Assembly: GCF_037042905.1 (NCBI RefSeq)
Contig: NC_087251.1
Span: 17,734,001-17,798,000, forward strand
Source of the DNA: Lytechinus pictus
Taxonomy: Eukaryota
DNA: 64,000 nucleotides
Direction: 5' to 3'
The position numbers were made by a program, and so were the translations under genes. The first letter of the stretch is position 1, and each line of letters begins with the position of its first letter. The notes under the pieces were generated by a model. It saw only the letters and a list, made by a program, of their open reading frames with translations, did not search any database and had not been told where the DNA came from. Shown here piece after piece: positions 59,812-64,000 of the stretch.

Positions 59812-60352
59812 TTGGTCATTGTTGTCATATCTGTATTAATTGAAATATGGTATAATTCAAACAATAAAAAAAAATAGTGAGTGAGGAACATCATCAACTA
59901 TCATTTGCATATTACTGAGTTGTACATATAATAATTTATCCCATTTTGATGAAATTTTCAGCGTTATGCTTGTTGGATTTTGTCTATTCTTCGAATTAAC
60001 AGTTTTCTGGGGTAGACTTGACCTTTTAAGTGTGGTTATATTTTGTGTTGCAGTTCCCCTCCATATCTCAATAGAACTTACTTTGTAGATATACATTTAT
60101 ATTTATATTCATTGTGATTACATAAGTCCATTATTATATTTCCCTTTCTTTATTAATTTTCATACAATATATCAATAATTTTGTCTTTAAATATATATTT
60201 TCTACATCAAGATTTGATTAGGGCTGTTCAAATTGATATCTTTATTGTTTTCATGAGAAGTATTATCATTACAATTAGTTCATCATAATTAATTTTTCCA
60301 TATTCTTTGTTTTCATTCAATCATTATTTTATTCCAATCATTGACAGCCATT

Positions 60353-61232
60353 AATTGAATTGAATTGAATTTATTCAAACCAGTCAAAAGGATGCAAAGT
60401 ACAAACAAAATAAATGGTTACATAATAAAGAACTGAAAATGACAGGTTTGGGACCCCAAAGAAGCACAGCTTGTAATCAGGGGCTCCTGCAAATGATATT
60501 TTACTCAAACATGGAATGACTATGAGAAAAAAAAATTACAAGGTATTTAAAGATCACAACAGGAACATTACCCACACGCAAGCATACGCACAATCACCCA
60601 GACAAACACACACATTCACACTCCAAACGTGTCATCCCCAGGTGCAACTAACAACTGGTCTTAAATTCATCAAGTAGGTATTTATGACATAATTTCTTAA
60701 ACCGAGACAGGGTACTGCTCCTTCTTATATCAGCAGGACACATATTCCATTCTTTAACGCAAATTGTTCTGAAGGATTTCAATGTAGCATTAATTCTAGC
60801 AAAGGGTTGGTGAATAAGATGTCTCTGACGTGTGTTATAATTATGAATCTTAGAATTATCCACAAAAGTGTCTTGTAAAACAATTCAGCAAGACCATTTC
60901 ATTAAATGGTAACATATTCAACTGCAAAGAAAGTGGGGAACTCGGAGCCAGATAATTTGAATTTGTTACATATCTTAAAGCTTTCTTTTGAAGAACTTGT
61001 AGTTTACTTACATGAGTCCTATATGTATGCCCCCAAGCAATATTGCAATACATTTAATGTGGCACAATTAGAGCATTATATAAAGAAACCAATGTTCGTT
61101 GAGGTAAGAAATATCGTACTTTTGATATCACACCAACATTACGAGATACTTTAGAACATACATTATTAAGGTGATAATTCCATGACAAATATTCATCAAC
61201 TGTGACACCAAGAAATTGCACACTTGAACTAA
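60353..61232 (-). mobile_element. 5'-truncated, frameshifted LINE (CR1/L2/Crack group): end of RT, C-terminal domain and 3' UTR
   Basis: Minus strand VQFLGVTVDEYLSWNYHLNNVCSKVSRNVG, YCNIAWG..LQVLQKKALR, HNYNTR, KEWN..P.DIR...FKK. The 3' UTR has a stem-loop (GAGCCCC..AAGC..GCTT..GGGGTCC) and AATAAA plus a (TTCAA)n tail. Confidence 0.85.
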
Positions 61233-63209
61233 ATTCCCTTGCCAGGGAAAAAAGCCTAAAGCTACCAAAGTCAACGAACTATATAATTGAAGCTTACACA
61301 ACTAAAATCAAGAAATAGAAAGTTCAAGAGAATAAGGCTGCTCATGTAAGCAGGTAATTAAACACGAGCTGAAAATACGAGTGGCATAGTGAATGAGCAG
61401 GGAGGGGGAGACTCTTATACAACAAGGCAAACCGGAACACCACATCCATTAAAATATTTTGTATACATAACTTATTTTAGCAAAGAGAAGTGTAGTTGAT
61501 ATTGATTTGAATATAAGTTTTACGAGTGTATTGGAAAACATTATGAAGTGTATTGAATACAAAATGAACGGGAAAAATAGAATGAAATAAAAAAATAGAA
61601 TGGGGGAAAAAAATGTTTCATATCATACTGTACAGTTTTTTATAATTTTTTTCCGACTTCGGTAGAGAAGGGCAAAACTGAATTATTCCTTTTAGTTTTG
61701 TCTTTAAAAACTTTGTTTTAGATGTCCTCTGAGTATGAAGATAATTCAGGACAAGATGCCCCCTAAAGAGACTCATTGAAAGGGTTCCATATGGGATATA
61801 TCTAAACAGAATAGGGCATGTGCACCCCCTCCCACCACTGGCACTCAAATATTCATTACTAAAATATTAGCATCATTTCAAATCATGCAAAAAATCCACC
61901 ATAAACATCAACTTTTTTTCATTCTTCAGTGATATTTTACATGAATAGGAGATATGATTCCCTTTTATGCCCCCCTCTCTTGAAAAAAAAAAAATTACCC
62001 GCCAATATCTTAATTTTTACAGTTCATGAGTACTCTCAAGACACTACTCATCATGAACCAAGAGCATCCCTCAGAATAATGTGCTCCCTTCATGTGGTTT
62101 GTGTTTGAATGTCTCCAAGAAAGCTAGCCTGGATGACAGACAGCCAGCAAGCCAAGCAGAAACAGGGACAGAGTACGCTGTTTAACGACATTAAAGAAAC
62201 TGCATAATACATGAAGCCGAGGAGCCCTGCCTGGCTTTGAGGATGCTTCATCTTGTCAATGGAGAATAGCAAATGAGCATTTGGGGGATTTAATCAGGTT
62301 CAAATAGAATGAATGGTTGACGGCTGATCAGCCTTGAGGGAAGAGTGGATGAACAACGCAAGTTATTAAATTGAGTTGTTTCACTGTGCAGACACGTGTA
62401 ACTGAATTCATTTCAAAGTCTTCATCTGGGTGGTGATTTATTTGGGCTTTCTTTTAAATGGAATAGAGAAACACGTATGAAGCTATTGATGATTCACATT
62501 ATCATGGATTAAATCTTCTTCCATGTAAGCAATGAGAATTATTAATGCACAGCTGGATCAACTCTCCAAGTTACCCATGATTTTATGAGTAACTATTCTA
62601 ATGTTAAAACTTAAATGAGATACCCCGATCTGTCCCGTTTGAACATACTGGGAATAAATTTCTTTCATACTTCCTCATAACCTTGCATTAAGATGCTTGA
62701 AAAAAAAATGGAATCCACAATTGGTCTTATGGGAATAAAAATGACTGAGAGGCTAGAGCGGCACCTAAGATAGATCACCAGTTGTTCATGAATTTGTGCA
62801 ACATTCAGTTTAACCTGGTTTAATCAAACACTGCCCTAGGACTATTGCATGGAAAGGACACAACAGTGACAATCTTCCTAAACTTCTTGCAAATGAAATT
62901 CATTCAGATGCTCTTACTGCTATTGAACTTGTTCATGTATATAAATGTCATTGTGATTGTAACATTTAAGTTTGTGGTATGAATGTTGTACAGAGGAGCA
63001 GAAAAACTGTTATGATTCTTGTATATCAAAAGACTGCATGATCAAGGAAGGAATTCCAGTACAATTTCAGTAGCTCAAGACTGGAGGTGGTAATATACAA
63101 GGTGGTTGTGACATAATGGCTTTAATGCAGAGGAACATGATATTAATTGAAAATGATATAAATAACACTTGCTACATGTAAAAAAAAAATCCAAAAAAGA
63201 TGTTGTTAA

Positions 63210-63601
63210 AGATAAATACCAGTTGTGGTAATGATCTCAAAATGAGTTCAAACAGAATCCAATGAAATTACCACCAAAGAGTTTGTATGTACATAATAAA
63301 AAAATATGTGCCAAATAGCTGTGGATGAAAATGCATAATTGCTGAGAAATGAGCAAAATAAGCATGGAATTCCATCAAATGTCGGGTATTTTTCAAGGGA
63401 ATATTAATACACTGTCCCACATATGCTTTTTTGGGTTAATGATCATCATAATTATTTTTTGAGCTAAGATTTCATGATTTAATACAAAGATAGGTTTACA
63501 TTAAAGTACCAGATCTATATGTATCATAATATTTTGACAACCTTGATTTTAAAAGACTTTCTCATGATATAATTGTTTGCTGCAACTACTGTCTTTTACC
63601 T
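63210..63601. mobile_element. Kolobok-like MITE
   Basis: TTAA|AGATAAATACCAGTTGTGGTAA ... TTGCTGCAACTACTGTCTTTTACCT|TTAA imperfect TIRs. Confidence 0.6.
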
Positions 63602-64000
63602 TTAAATGACATACTGTATAAATCAATCCAGTGTATCTCCAATAAGTCGGAAGTTATGCAAAGGTAACTTAATCAGTGCAATACCCTTTAGATATCTTAT
63701 ACCCCAAAACATCACTTTCTTACATGATAATAAGCTTGGTTTGATGTCTCAAAGTTGGATTCGAAAGACAACCCCTTTTTTTCTGGTTCATGACCAACAA
63801 GTTAATTTGGACGAGTGGGCGGTTCCTCCTCCCAACAAAATCTTCATTTCAAAACATGTCCTCAATTAAGGATGAACTACAGCATCAAGGTCAGAGCTTT
63901 GTCAAGTCACAAGTGGGCAGCATCTAATTGATGATACTGCCTCTGGGGGGAAGTCCCGACATCCTCCAACAAGCAACAGAGTAGATCAGCCAGGCATTAT

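Larger units (their letters stand above)
58762..60024. mobile_element. Kolobok-like MITE (family of 21147-21716) interrupted by a retroelement
   Basis: TTAA|AGGTCAATTCCATCCCAGAAAA ... TTTTCTGGGGTAGACTTGACCT(T)|TTAA. It is colinear with 21147-21716 once 59106-59819 is removed. Confidence 0.8.

Noticed and set aside
59470..59839. Plus-strand 61-aa and 64-aa ORFs; NUMT hypothesis for the insert
   Set aside because: They are antisense shadows of the PLE endonuclease; no mitochondrial features were recognised.

Overview
AT-rich, intron-rich animal genomic DNA, probably from an echinoderm such as a sea urchin (inferred from repeat types and the abundance of TACATGTA/TAGGCCTA motifs; not verified). 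Three spliced genes could be rebuilt by hand with consistent GT-AG phases. PIGF is complete (5 exons, minus strand). An ATG8-family MAP1LC3C gene is complete (4 exons, plus strand) and lies head-to-head with PIGF. KIAA0586/TALPID3 is represented by its 3' 19 exons (minus strand; the 5' end probably lies beyond the window). Introns and intergenic DNA are packed with non-autonomous DNA transposons (TTAA-, TA- and CWG-targeting), tRNA-derived SINEs and LINE fragments. The most unusual structures are all in TALPID3 introns: (i) a 706-bp Penelope-like retroelement 3' fragment with a GIY-YIG endonuclease, a minimal hammerhead-ribozyme motif and an 8-bp TSD, nested in a MITE; (ii) a three-level nested transposon stack carrying a 9-copy 15-mer and a ~230-bp internal satellite; (iii) a 1.7-kb TIR element with a 6-bp TSD carrying a CpG-rich promoter/first-exon-like cassette. 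No CRISPR array, rRNA or intact tRNA gene was found. All family assignments are from memory of motifs; no database search was run.
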